The notes below the pieces were generated by a model. The model was not told where the DNA came from and did no database searches. It was given only the letters and a program-made list of their open reading frames with translations. A stretch of 64,000 nucleotides of DNA from an uncultured delta proteobacterium. Its GTDB lineage: Bacteria; Desulfobacterota; Binatia; Binatales; Binataceae. The position numbers and the translations under genes are program-made. Position 1 is the stretch's first letter, and the number at the start of each line of letters is the position of its first letter. This document shows positions 49,415 through 64,000 of this stretch, in pieces. The stretch spans positions 158,364 to 222,363 of the forward strand of contig CAVTIS010000004.1 in NCBI GenBank assembly GCA_963734845.1, in the 5' to 3' direction.

Positions 49415-50344
49415 TTGCAAACCGGTCGATGCGAAGGCGGGGCGATGAAATTTCACGCCGGAGAAATCGCGGTGCAGACCAAGGCCGGAGTGCGTCGGCA
49501 GGCCGACCGGCTGGCCGCTGGAATCCGCGGTTCAATCTCCGCTGGGCGGCACGAGTTTATCGCCGCTCAACGGATGGCTGTGATGGGAACAGTCGATCGG
49601 CAGGGCTTCGTATGGGCTTCGGTCGTCACGGGGGAGGAGGGATTTCTGCAGGCGCCCGACGAGCAGACGATACGGATCGCAGCCATTCCTGCTGCCGGCG
49701 ATCCTTTGATTGAAAACCTCGCCCGGCCGGCCCATGCCGCACTGATCATTCCCGATCTCGACGCCCGCCGCAGGCTGCGGCTGAATGGACGCGGACAGAT
49801 CAGTGACGGGACTATCGAAATTCACGCAGAGCAGGTCTACGGCAATTGCTCGCATTACATTCAGGCCCGCGCGCCAATCGGCGAGCACGAATGGCGGCCG
49901 GGCATCGCTAAGGCAGCCGTGCGGGCAACCGACCTTTCAGTTGACCATCAACGGCTCATCGCGCTTGTCGACACGTTTTTCATCGCGACCGACCATCCCG
50001 AGTCCGGCGCCGACATATCCCATCGCGGCGGCAATCCCGGTTTCGTGCGCGTCGCCGGCAGCCGCCGCCTCGCGATTCCCGACTACGCGGGCAACAACCT
50101 GTTCAACACGCTGGGCAATATCGTCGCCAATCCGCGCGTCGGGCTGCTTTTTATCGGCTTTGAGAGCGGGCGAACGCTCCAGCTGAGCGGCCGCGCGACG
50201 ATCGATTGGGACTCCGCGCGCGCGGCGACGCTGGCCGGCGCGGCGCGCGTCGTCGATTTCGAACTCGACGAGGCGATCGACAATTCGCACGGATTCGCGC
50301 TGCGCTACGAATTCCACGACTACTCGCATTTCAACCCTTCGTAA
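49415..50344 (+). CDS. pyridoxamine 5'-phosphate oxidase-like FMN-binding split-barrel protein (two-domain)
   Basis: FIAAQRMAVMGTVDRQGFVWASVVTG split-barrel signature; stop of HpaB-like gene 3 nt upstream. Confidence 0.55.
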   Translation: MQTGRCEGGAMKFHAGEIAVQTKAGVRRQADRLAAGIRGSISAGRHEFIAAQRMAVMGTVDRQGFVWASVVTGEEGFLQAPDEQTIRIAAIPAAGDPLIENLARPAHAALIIPDLDARRRLRLNGRGQISDGTIEIHAEQVYGNCSHYIQARAPIGEHEWRPGIAKAAVRATDLSVDHQRLIALVDTFFIATDHPESGADISHRGGNPGFVRVAGSRRLAIPDYAGNNLFNTLGNIVANPRVGLLFIGFESGRTLQLSGRATIDWDSARAATLAGAARVVDFELDEAIDNSHGFALRYEFHDYSHFNPS

Positions 50345-50432
50345 CAGAATGCAGCGCGGCGCGAGCAGCCAATAAAAAAGCGGCGGGACGATGCGTCCCG
50401 CCGCCTCCAATCAGTCGCAGTTCGGCTGCGGC

Positions 50433-51284
50433 CTACGCCTCGAAACGAAAGCCGCCGTTTCGACGCACGATATGGCCCGAAGTCGGCCCCGCGAAGTGCG
50501 TGCCGATGACATGTACGGGCTGGTCGCAATAGCGCTCGACGAACTTCTTGCGCGTCTCGGAGGCCATCGCCGGGTCGGTATCGAACTCGCAGACCCATTC
50601 CGGATGGGCGACCTGGATCGGATGATGGATCATATCGCCGGTTATCACCGCGTTCTCGCCGCGCGACGAAATCCGCACGCTGGTATGGCCGGGAGTATGG
50701 CCCGGGGTCGGCTCGAGCCAGACCTCGCCGGTCAGCTTGCGTGCCGGTTCGACCAGCTCGGCGAGCCCCGCCTCGATCACCGGACGCACCGAATCCTCGA
50801 TCGGCTTCTGGAAGTCGGGACTGCCGTCGTACTTCGACCAGTGGTCCCACTCGCGATTGCACATCATGTACTTCGCCTTGGGAAAAGTCGGCACCCAGCG
50901 TCCGTTGACCAGCATCGTGTTCCATCCGACGTGATCGAGATGAAGGTGGGTGCAGATGACGGTGTCCACCGATTCGCGCGAGACGCCCGCCTTCTCCATG
51001 TCGGACAGGAATGACGTGTGCAGGTTGTTGAAATCCGCAAAGCCCGGACGCGGCTTGTCGTTGCCGACGCAGGTGTCGACCAGGATGCGGCGGCCCTCGG
51101 ACTCCAGAAGCAGGGCATGGATGCTAAGCAGAATTTTGTTGCTGTCGTCGATAAAGGGGCTCAGCCATTCGCGTTCGCGCTTGAGCGCATCGACCGTCGC
51201 GTTGGCCGTGATCATTGTGCCGGCCCAGTGCGGTTCCTGCTCGCGAAGCAGGGTGACTTTAACGTCGCCAATATTCCAATGCAT
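50433..51284 (-). CDS. MBL-fold metallo-hydrolase
   Basis: HLHLDHVGWN (HxHxDH) motif and downstream His/Asp ligands. Confidence 0.8.
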   Translation of the reverse strand: MHWNIGDVKVTLLREQEPHWAGTMITANATVDALKREREWLSPFIDDSNKILLSIHALLLESEGRRILVDTCVGNDKPRPGFADFNNLHTSFLSDMEKAGVSRESVDTVICTHLHLDHVGWNTMLVNGRWVPTFPKAKYMMCNREWDHWSKYDGSPDFQKPIEDSVRPVIEAGLAELVEPARKLTGEVWLEPTPGHTPGHTSVRISSRGENAVITGDMIHHPIQVAHPEWVCEFDTDPAMASETRKKFVERYCDQPVHVIGTHFAGPTSGHIVRRNGGFRFEA

Positions 51285-51927
51285 AGCGAGTAACCTCCAC
51301 GGTTGTTAGGGCGCTACCTTAACCCGAGTCGCACGACGGCGGCAATCGAAATTCGCCAGATACCGGGTTGCCGATCAAGTGTTTAGCCAACGGTCTTTTT
51401 TGTCGACTGTCTTCCTCGGCGGTGGACCACGCGGAGCGCAGTTGTCCGTTGGCTGAATCAGTTGCCGCCATCTTGACCAGAGCCGCTACGACGGCCACTT
51501 CGAGTCGATCTGGTATCATCCTCATCCGCTGCTGCGGTTAAATCGTGAAGGCGAATGTTTGGCCGCCAGGCTGCGCCCCGGAAACGTCCACAGCGCCGAT
51601 GGCCGGGAAGAATTGCTGCTGCCCGAGATTGACCGGCACCAGACGCTGAACAAGGAGGTGCGTGACCAATCTTGGACTTCAAGCCGCGCGGTGGTGCGCT
51701 TTTAGGTCGGCCAAGCCATTCGAAAGCGTGGAGTTGTTCGGAGGTGCTAAATGAGAGCCGACCCCGTCCTATCGGACGATATTGGTACCTAATCGCCCCG
51801 CCAATCGCTACGCCGCCAGATTGCCAGAAACCGCCCCACGAGCGGGGGGCCATCAGTAACGCTACACCAGTCAAGACTTCGCCCACGGCGGCCAGCATAA
51901 GCACCCTCTTCATCGCACCGCCGCCAG

Positions 51928-58666
<6,739 letters not shown>

Positions 58667-58805
58667 ATCTCGTTGTGCATGTCTCTCGGTTAAATCATCG
58701 AATCCTCGCGTGATCCAGCACGCAAAACCGAGCCCGAAATCAGGGCATTGCCGCGAGCCGATTCTGCCTCTGATGTGGTAGGCTCGGCCGCGGGAGGACC
58801 TTCCG

Positions 58806-59321
58806 ATGGACGCACGTTCGCCCCTTCATTATCTCGGCGGCGCTTTACAGCAGGTCGCGTTCGTGGTCAAAGACCTGACGGCGGGGATGGAGTTTTTCAA
58901 CCGAACCATGGGTGTGGCGCGGTTCTATGTGATCGAGGACTTCGGGCTGCACGCTCGCGACAAAATGTTCCGCGGCCGTCCGGCTGAGCAGAATTTCAAG
59001 CTCGCGCTCGCCTATTCCGGCGATACCCAAATCGAGCTCATCCAGCACCTCTCCGGCGACACCTGCTACAAGGAGCACCTCGAAAGCAGGGGCGAAGGCC
59101 TGCACCATCTCGGATTCTTCCTCTATGATCCGCAGGAGTATCAGCGCGCGCTGGATTCGCTCGGCGCCGGCGGCTATTCGGCTCTGATGAGCGGGCGGTT
59201 CGGCACCACGCGCTATACCTACTTCGACACCGAAGCGGCGATCGGCTCGATAATGGAGATCGTATACCTCGATTCCGGCGGCCAGGACTTCATGGCCAAG
59301 ATAAAAAGTGGCGACTTCTAG
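58806..59321 (+). CDS. VOC-family (glyoxalase/bleomycin-resistance/dioxygenase) protein
   Basis: LQQVAFVVKDLTAGMEFF...GEGLHHLGFFLYD typical of the VOC fold. Confidence 0.7.
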   Translation: MDARSPLHYLGGALQQVAFVVKDLTAGMEFFNRTMGVARFYVIEDFGLHARDKMFRGRPAEQNFKLALAYSGDTQIELIQHLSGDTCYKEHLESRGEGLHHLGFFLYDPQEYQRALDSLGAGGYSALMSGRFGTTRYTYFDTEAAIGSIMEIVYLDSGGQDFMAKIKSGDF

Positions 59322-59560
59322 CCCGCTTTGAAGGCGACAAGTGCTAATGTCCCAATAAGACGCTCATCGTAGCGCACGCATAGACATAGACCGCCAAGCA
59401 GTGTAACCTCTGTGACACCGGTCAGAACGCCTTTCAGTTAACCTTCTTCGCCCTCTCGGTTTCTTGTTCGCGCGCTCTCCGGCCAACTGCCAAGGGAGAG
59501 CAGCGCCATGTCTATTGTACGCGACGTGCCCGCTATGGCGATTTACGCCGGGCCAATTAG

Positions 59561-60526
59561 TTGAAGAGCGCAAGGGCCTTAGAAGGGCCGATGGATCCGC
59601 CGTGGGAGTGGCCATGGTGGCGCGCACGCAACGAAGACTCGCTCGTGCTGCCCTGGTTCATCCTGATTCACCTGACTGCGCTCGCCGGCCTGATCCTGTT
59701 TCCGCTGCCGGGATGGCGCGTTCTCTTCGGTTCATTTTGCCTGGTATGGCTGGGCGGAATGGCCACTACGGTCTGCTATCATCGCGCGCTGGCGCATCGC
59801 GCCCTGCGGCTCAATCCCTGGCTGATATCGATTCTTACTTTCTTCGCGGTATTTAACGGCTCCGGGACACCGCTTAGCTGGGCCGCCGGCCATCGGCGGC
59901 ATCACGCGTTCGCGGACACCGAAAACGATATCTCGAGCCCGGTCAATGGTTTCTGGTGGGCACATCTGCGATGGCTCTGGCAGTCGGGCGAGCCATCGGT
60001 AGAGCGGTTCTGCCCCGAGCTTGACCGCCCGATGTACCGGTTCTGGTGGTACGTGCAGGGACCGATCCTGGCGGTATCATATTTCGGCGGCTTGTATTTC
60101 GGCGCCGCCGCCTTTTTCTGGATGGGGTCGATTCGCCTGGTCTTCGCGCTCCACGCCCAATGCTTCGTCAACAGCGTCTGCCATACGGAGCCCGGGGTTT
60201 CGCCCGGCGAGGACTCCAGCCGCAACGTGACCTGGCTTGCCCTGATGCAGTTTTGCCAGGGCGAGAACTGGCATCGCAATCATCATGCGCGCCCGGGTAT
60301 CGCACGGTTGGGATGGAGCTGGCGGCAGCCCGACGTGGGCTACCTGGCGATTTGCCTGCTCGAGAAAATCGGCCTCGCAAACGATGTCCGGCGCTTGCGG
60401 CAAGGCTCTACGCAGGATAGCTCGCAAGACGTTGGGCGCAAGGTTACGCAAGACGTTCCGCAAAACATTCCTCAGGACATTCTGCGGGACGTTGCGCGAG
60501 TTAGTCCGAGCGCCGAATCCGCCTGA
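59561..60526 (+). CDS. acyl-CoA (fatty acid) desaturase with QD-rich C-terminal tail
   Basis: His boxes HRALAHR, HRRHHAF and NWHRNHHARP; TM segments; start may be the downstream Met (MDPPWEW). Confidence 0.8.
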   Translation: MKSARALEGPMDPPWEWPWWRARNEDSLVLPWFILIHLTALAGLILFPLPGWRVLFGSFCLVWLGGMATTVCYHRALAHRALRLNPWLISILTFFAVFNGSGTPLSWAAGHRRHHAFADTENDISSPVNGFWWAHLRWLWQSGEPSVERFCPELDRPMYRFWWYVQGPILAVSYFGGLYFGAAAFFWMGSIRLVFALHAQCFVNSVCHTEPGVSPGEDSSRNVTWLALMQFCQGENWHRNHHARPGIARLGWSWRQPDVGYLAICLLEKIGLANDVRRLRQGSTQDSSQDVGRKVTQDVPQNIPQDILRDVARVSPSAESA

Positions 60527-60594
60527 CGGCGGGGCGGCGCCCTTTCCTCCCCGATAGCGACGCGGGCGTAGCGACCCAGGCGCTCGCGGGCCGC

Positions 60595-62601
60595 TCAGTC
60601 AGCGGCTGGCGATGCGTCGGGAGGACCCGCCAGTACCGCGGGCGTCCAGGTCTTCACGTTCTCCATCGCCTGCGCCGGCGGAGCGCCACCCAGCGACATC
60701 CAGCGTGAACGATAAAATGCGGTCGCCGCGAGTTGAACTCGCAGGCGTTTGTCGGCTGGGGGTCCGGATACGCCCAGCGCCTGCCAGGGAAGCGAGACCG
60801 ACCATTTGTATCGCGGGCGTCCCCGGATCGTCGAGATTACGGCCTCACAGCTTCCATGGCTCATGCGGCAGACTTCGACCTGCATCTGCTCGCCGCCCTT
60901 GGTTGAAGCGCCGGTTGACGGGACGACAAAAAACGCAAAGCGCTGCGCGCCCGCTCCTGCGTCCACGCCGAAGTCGATCCGAAACGCCTCGCTACGCGGA
61001 AATTCGCCTACATATGCGAGCAGATACGGGTCGAAGTGATCCATGCTGATGGTTGCGACGTGAAGTCCCCGAGGGCTCCAGGCCAGGAACAGATCGCCGA
61101 AAACCACCTCCGGCGAGGGCGCGCAAAGGCCCTTCACCAGGGCCGCGTCCTTCGGCCATTGCGCGAACGAGACTGCGGTGGGGTCGATGTCCGCTTCGGG
61201 GATCTGAATCCTGGCGGTCCCCTGCACCAATGGGCGCAGCGCCGCCGCCCTTTGATGAATTTCCTCAAGGCTCCGGTTAGCCGCGCTCAGGGCGGTAACC
61301 AGTGCCTGGTATGGCCGGCCATTGACGTCGAGCAGGCCGAAGTCGAAATCCTCGTGGTCGGCCGCGCGGCCGCCCTTGGGCTCATCGTAGTACTGAAACC
61401 AGTGCAGTCCGACGATCTCGGGCACGGATGCGAAGTTTCGGGCGGCGCTCGCCGCGCCCCAGGCGCGCTCAGCCTGGGTTCGCACTGTCATGAAACGCCC
61501 GACGTTCAGATTTCCAGAGCGGTTCTCCTGGGCGGCGAAATACCATTCGGAGATCAGTACCGGCTTGTTACCCGTCAACTGGCGCAAGCCGTCGAAATAG
61601 TAATGCGCGATCCATCCGTCCGGACTATCGACGTTGTAATTGGTGGCGATAGCGTCGACGAAGGGCGCCATCGCTCGTACGGCATCCGGATCGTAGAAAC
61701 TGGGAAGGCGGTCGCCGAAGATAAGTGCCTTCGGGTCCGCCTCGCGAATCGCGCGGTGAACGAGTTGGTAGTAACGGCGCGTAATGACGCTCGTCCATTC
61801 GCGCACCACGCTGATTCCGTTTTCTCCCGGCCGCAACTGTGCCCGTACGTCCGCGCTTTGCAGCAGGCCCTGAAAGGAGGAAATCCCCGTTGAGACGGCA
61901 AAGTCGCGAGTGAATCGACCCCAATCTCCGCCATAATGACGGCCGATGAGATCGACCAGCACCTGCTTGGTGTGATTTGCGCCGTCCCGCTTGAGATAGT
62001 TACTGAACAGTTCTCCGTTCCACCATCCGATCTCGTTGTCGGAAAAATACCCTATTCGATAGCCATTCGCTTTGTACCCAGCGGCCGCCTTCCGAGCTTC
62101 GTTCACCATCCTTTGTTCGACAGATGGATCGAAAGGATCGGCCCATAGATATCGCCCCCGCCAGCCGAGCTCGAGATCGGGCAGGCTGGGCAGCGGCAGG
62201 CTGGAAGGACTGAACGCGCCGGCTGTGTTAAATCCCCAAGCGCCCATCTGCTTGAGTGCGCGGCGCTTCCAGCCGCCCGAGGCGGGGGAAATTGAGGGCT
62301 CCGGGTTTACCTCGCCGCTCGCAGGCAAGGGCGGAATCGGGCCGTCGCTCAGGGTATTAATTCCGATGGAAAAGAATCGCGCACCGCACGGATTTATCAG
62401 CCAGGATGCGCCGTCGCGGGTCTGAAGGGTCCATCTGCCGGCACCGGTTGGGCGCGGGGTGCACGCCGCGCCGCTCGACAGCGGCGGCAAGGAGCAAAAT
62501 ATTATAATGGCGGCCGCCAGTGCGCGCCCGAGCTTAGGGCTGCTAGTCGCCGTGCGATCGCTGCCAGAACCTCCGCGCGACCTATCGCGATTGCGCAACA
62601 T
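60595..62601 (-). CDS. secreted TIM-barrel glycoside hydrolase (GH clan-A-like), putative
   Basis: signal peptide LGRALAAAIIIFCSLPPLSSGAAC; candidate acid/base FSDNEIGWW and nucleophile VLISEWYF motifs; the first about 100 codons of the track ORF were discarded. Confidence 0.45.
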   Translation of the reverse strand: MLRNRDRSRGGSGSDRTATSSPKLGRALAAAIIIFCSLPPLSSGAACTPRPTGAGRWTLQTRDGASWLINPCGARFFSIGINTLSDGPIPPLPASGEVNPEPSISPASGGWKRRALKQMGAWGFNTAGAFSPSSLPLPSLPDLELGWRGRYLWADPFDPSVEQRMVNEARKAAAGYKANGYRIGYFSDNEIGWWNGELFSNYLKRDGANHTKQVLVDLIGRHYGGDWGRFTRDFAVSTGISSFQGLLQSADVRAQLRPGENGISVVREWTSVITRRYYQLVHRAIREADPKALIFGDRLPSFYDPDAVRAMAPFVDAIATNYNVDSPDGWIAHYYFDGLRQLTGNKPVLISEWYFAAQENRSGNLNVGRFMTVRTQAERAWGAASAARNFASVPEIVGLHWFQYYDEPKGGRAADHEDFDFGLLDVNGRPYQALVTALSAANRSLEEIHQRAAALRPLVQGTARIQIPEADIDPTAVSFAQWPKDAALVKGLCAPSPEVVFGDLFLAWSPRGLHVATISMDHFDPYLLAYVGEFPRSEAFRIDFGVDAGAGAQRFAFFVVPSTGASTKGGEQMQVEVCRMSHGSCEAVISTIRGRPRYKWSVSLPWQALGVSGPPADKRLRVQLAATAFYRSRWMSLGGAPPAQAMENVKTWTPAVLAGPPDASPAAD

Positions 62602-62618
62602 GCGGCTCGAGCGCGGCG

Positions 62619-64000
62619 TTATGGCTGGCTCGGCGGCGGCTGGATCGGATATGGATAGCCCTTCGCCAGCGCCTTGGCCAGTTCGGCATCCTGACCGTAG
62701 ATATCTCTGAAGAAGTGCACTCCGCCGTCCGGCTCCACCACCGCCGAGGTGTAGAGAATCAGCACCGGGATGGGCTTGTCGAGATGCACCTCCACTGTTT
62801 GATCGCCGTTCATGGTGGCATTGATTTTGTCCATCGTCCATTGCGGTTCGTCGCGCAGCACCCAGGCGGCGAGGTCCGCTGGATGCTGCACGCGGATGCA
62901 TCCGTGACTGAAATCGCGCCGCGCTTTCAGAAACAGCTCAGGCTCCGGGGTGCTATGCAGATAGACGTCGTAATGGTTCGGGAAGATAAACTTTACCAAC
63001 CCTAGCGCGTTCTTGGGCCCCGGTTTCTGCCTAATAGTCAGCGAGCCCAAGCGAAGCTTACTGAGTATATCGTCGCTGACGGCGCCGTCGGTTACCACCA
63101 TGCCGCTGCTGGTGACTACTTCGAATCCATGATCCGCAAGATAGTTGGGATCCTTCCGAATTTTAGGCACCAGTTCGGCGAACTGGATCGAGAGCGGGAC
63201 TTCCCAATACGGCCGGAAAATGAGGTAGCGCATGTAGTCTGCGAACACGGGGGTCTGATGACCATAGGCCTTGCCGACGATCACCCGCATATCCAGGAAC
63301 GGCGCGGGCTGTTTGCGCATCGTGCGGAGCCTGAACTCGGGGAGATTGACGATCAGCGGCGGCTGCGGAAAGTTCGGCGGAATCCAGCGATAGCGCTCGA
63401 GCGCGTACTGAAGCTGCGCGACCCGCTGGCCGAGCGGCACGTTGAGCTGGGCGAACGTGTCCCTGCCGATCACGCCGTCGGGCTGAAGGCCGTGGAGGTC
63501 CTGAAAATGCTTCACCCCGTCGACCACCGCGCCCTCGTAGACGGTGGCGTCGGCGGGCACGGGGGCGTCAGGCGCAAGGTCGCCAAGCAGGTGCAAGCGC
63601 GCGACCAGCGGCGCGATTCCTGAATAGCGGTCGCCCGGATGCACGGATTTGGCCGTCCGCGGCGCCGGCGTGCCATCGCCCTGGACCGCCAGCTTCAGGT
63701 AGGCCGCAAGCGCGGTCTTCGCCCGCCGGTACCCCTCGTATTGCGGCTCGACGCCCGCGGCAGCGGCGCTGACGTCCTCGGCGTTGATCACCCGGATGCG
63801 GAGCTCGCCGGCGAGATCGTACTTGTTGGATCCGCTGTCGATTTCGAACTTGAAATGCTGCGGGTCGACTCTTCCCAGACGCAGGGCCGAGAGGTAACGC
63901 GTCGCGCAAACCGTCAGCGCGAGATCGAAGTGCGCCGGGTCGCTGTCGGTCGCAGCCGAGTCGGCTCCCGGTGAGGCGAGCGCAGCCAAGCGGCCGTCCC
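62619..64000 (-). CDS. L,D-transpeptidase (YkuD/ErfK family) with peptidoglycan-binding region; 5' end beyond the window
   Basis: catalytic SHGCIRV motif; the ORF stays open to the window edge. Confidence 0.8.
   Translation of the reverse strand, partial: DGRLAALASPGADSAATDSDPAHFDLALTVCATRYLSALRLGRVDPQHFKFEIDSGSNKYDLAGELRIRVINAEDVSAAAAGVEPQYEGYRRAKTALAAYLKLAVQGDGTPAPRTAKSVHPGDRYSGIAPLVARLHLLGDLAPDAPVPADATVYEGAVVDGVKHFQDLHGLQPDGVIGRDTFAQLNVPLGQRVAQLQYALERYRWIPPNFPQPPLIVNLPEFRLRTMRKQPAPFLDMRVIVGKAYGHQTPVFADYMRYLIFRPYWEVPLSIQFAELVPKIRKDPNYLADHGFEVVTSSGMVVTDGAVSDDILSKLRLGSLTIRQKPGPKNALGLVKFIFPNHYDVYLHSTPEPELFLKARRDFSHGCIRVQHPADLAAWVLRDEPQWTMDKINATMNGDQTVEVHLDKPIPVLILYTSAVVEPDGGVHFFRDIYGQDAELAKALAKGYPYPIQPPPSQP

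Overview
This 64 kb window is high-GC bacterial chromosomal DNA, densely coding on both strands, with about 55 protein genes. I found no rRNA, tRNA or CRISPR array. The six-frame track is full of long antisense and alternate-frame ORFs that are Arg/Ala/Gly-rich with no motifs; I treat them as GC-driven artefacts. Gene calls rest on motifs I can read directly in the translations.

Genes in order: gamma-glutamyltranspeptidase (GGT) and a cyclase-family protein; three tandem paralogous glycine-zipper lipoproteins with Gln-rich coiled-coil tails; an ECF sigma factor overlapping a downstream MGMT::Ada-Zn fusion; NnrU, TatD, IlvA; a MerR-HTH/TPR regulator; ribH-hisF-hisH; D-aminoacylase, FAD oxidoreductase and LLM oxidoreductase; DUF1499; metH; a GAF/PAS histidine kinase; a perfect 19-bp Fur/PerR-type palindrome ahead of rubrerythrin, a CCG Fe-S protein and a DUF3501-like protein; an AT-rich gap followed by a small glycan locus (GT4 fusion, PMI-type cupin, Gmd); a non-canonical complex-I cluster of peripheral-arm subunits only (nuoB, a short nuoG, an embedded MFS transporter, nuoI, nuoC, nuoD, a fused nuoEF and a coupled orphan ORF) with no nuoA/H/J-N; two tandem HSL-family esterases; an Lpd-like reductase, ABM and ACAD; GST and SnoaL; a triple-hairpin intergenic region; CoA-transferase, HAD, an HpaB-like monooxygenase with a PNPOx partner, and MBL; an arylsulfatase fused in-frame (as an ORF) to an IS110 transposase remnant; a single-chain 1171-aa BC-BCCP-CT carboxylase; VOC, desaturase, a secreted GH-A-like hydrolase and a partial L,D-transpeptidase.

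The most interesting candidates for undescribed biology are the lipoprotein triplet, the sigma/MGMT-Ada pair, the membrane-arm-less nuo cluster with its embedded transporter, and the compact single-chain carboxylase.
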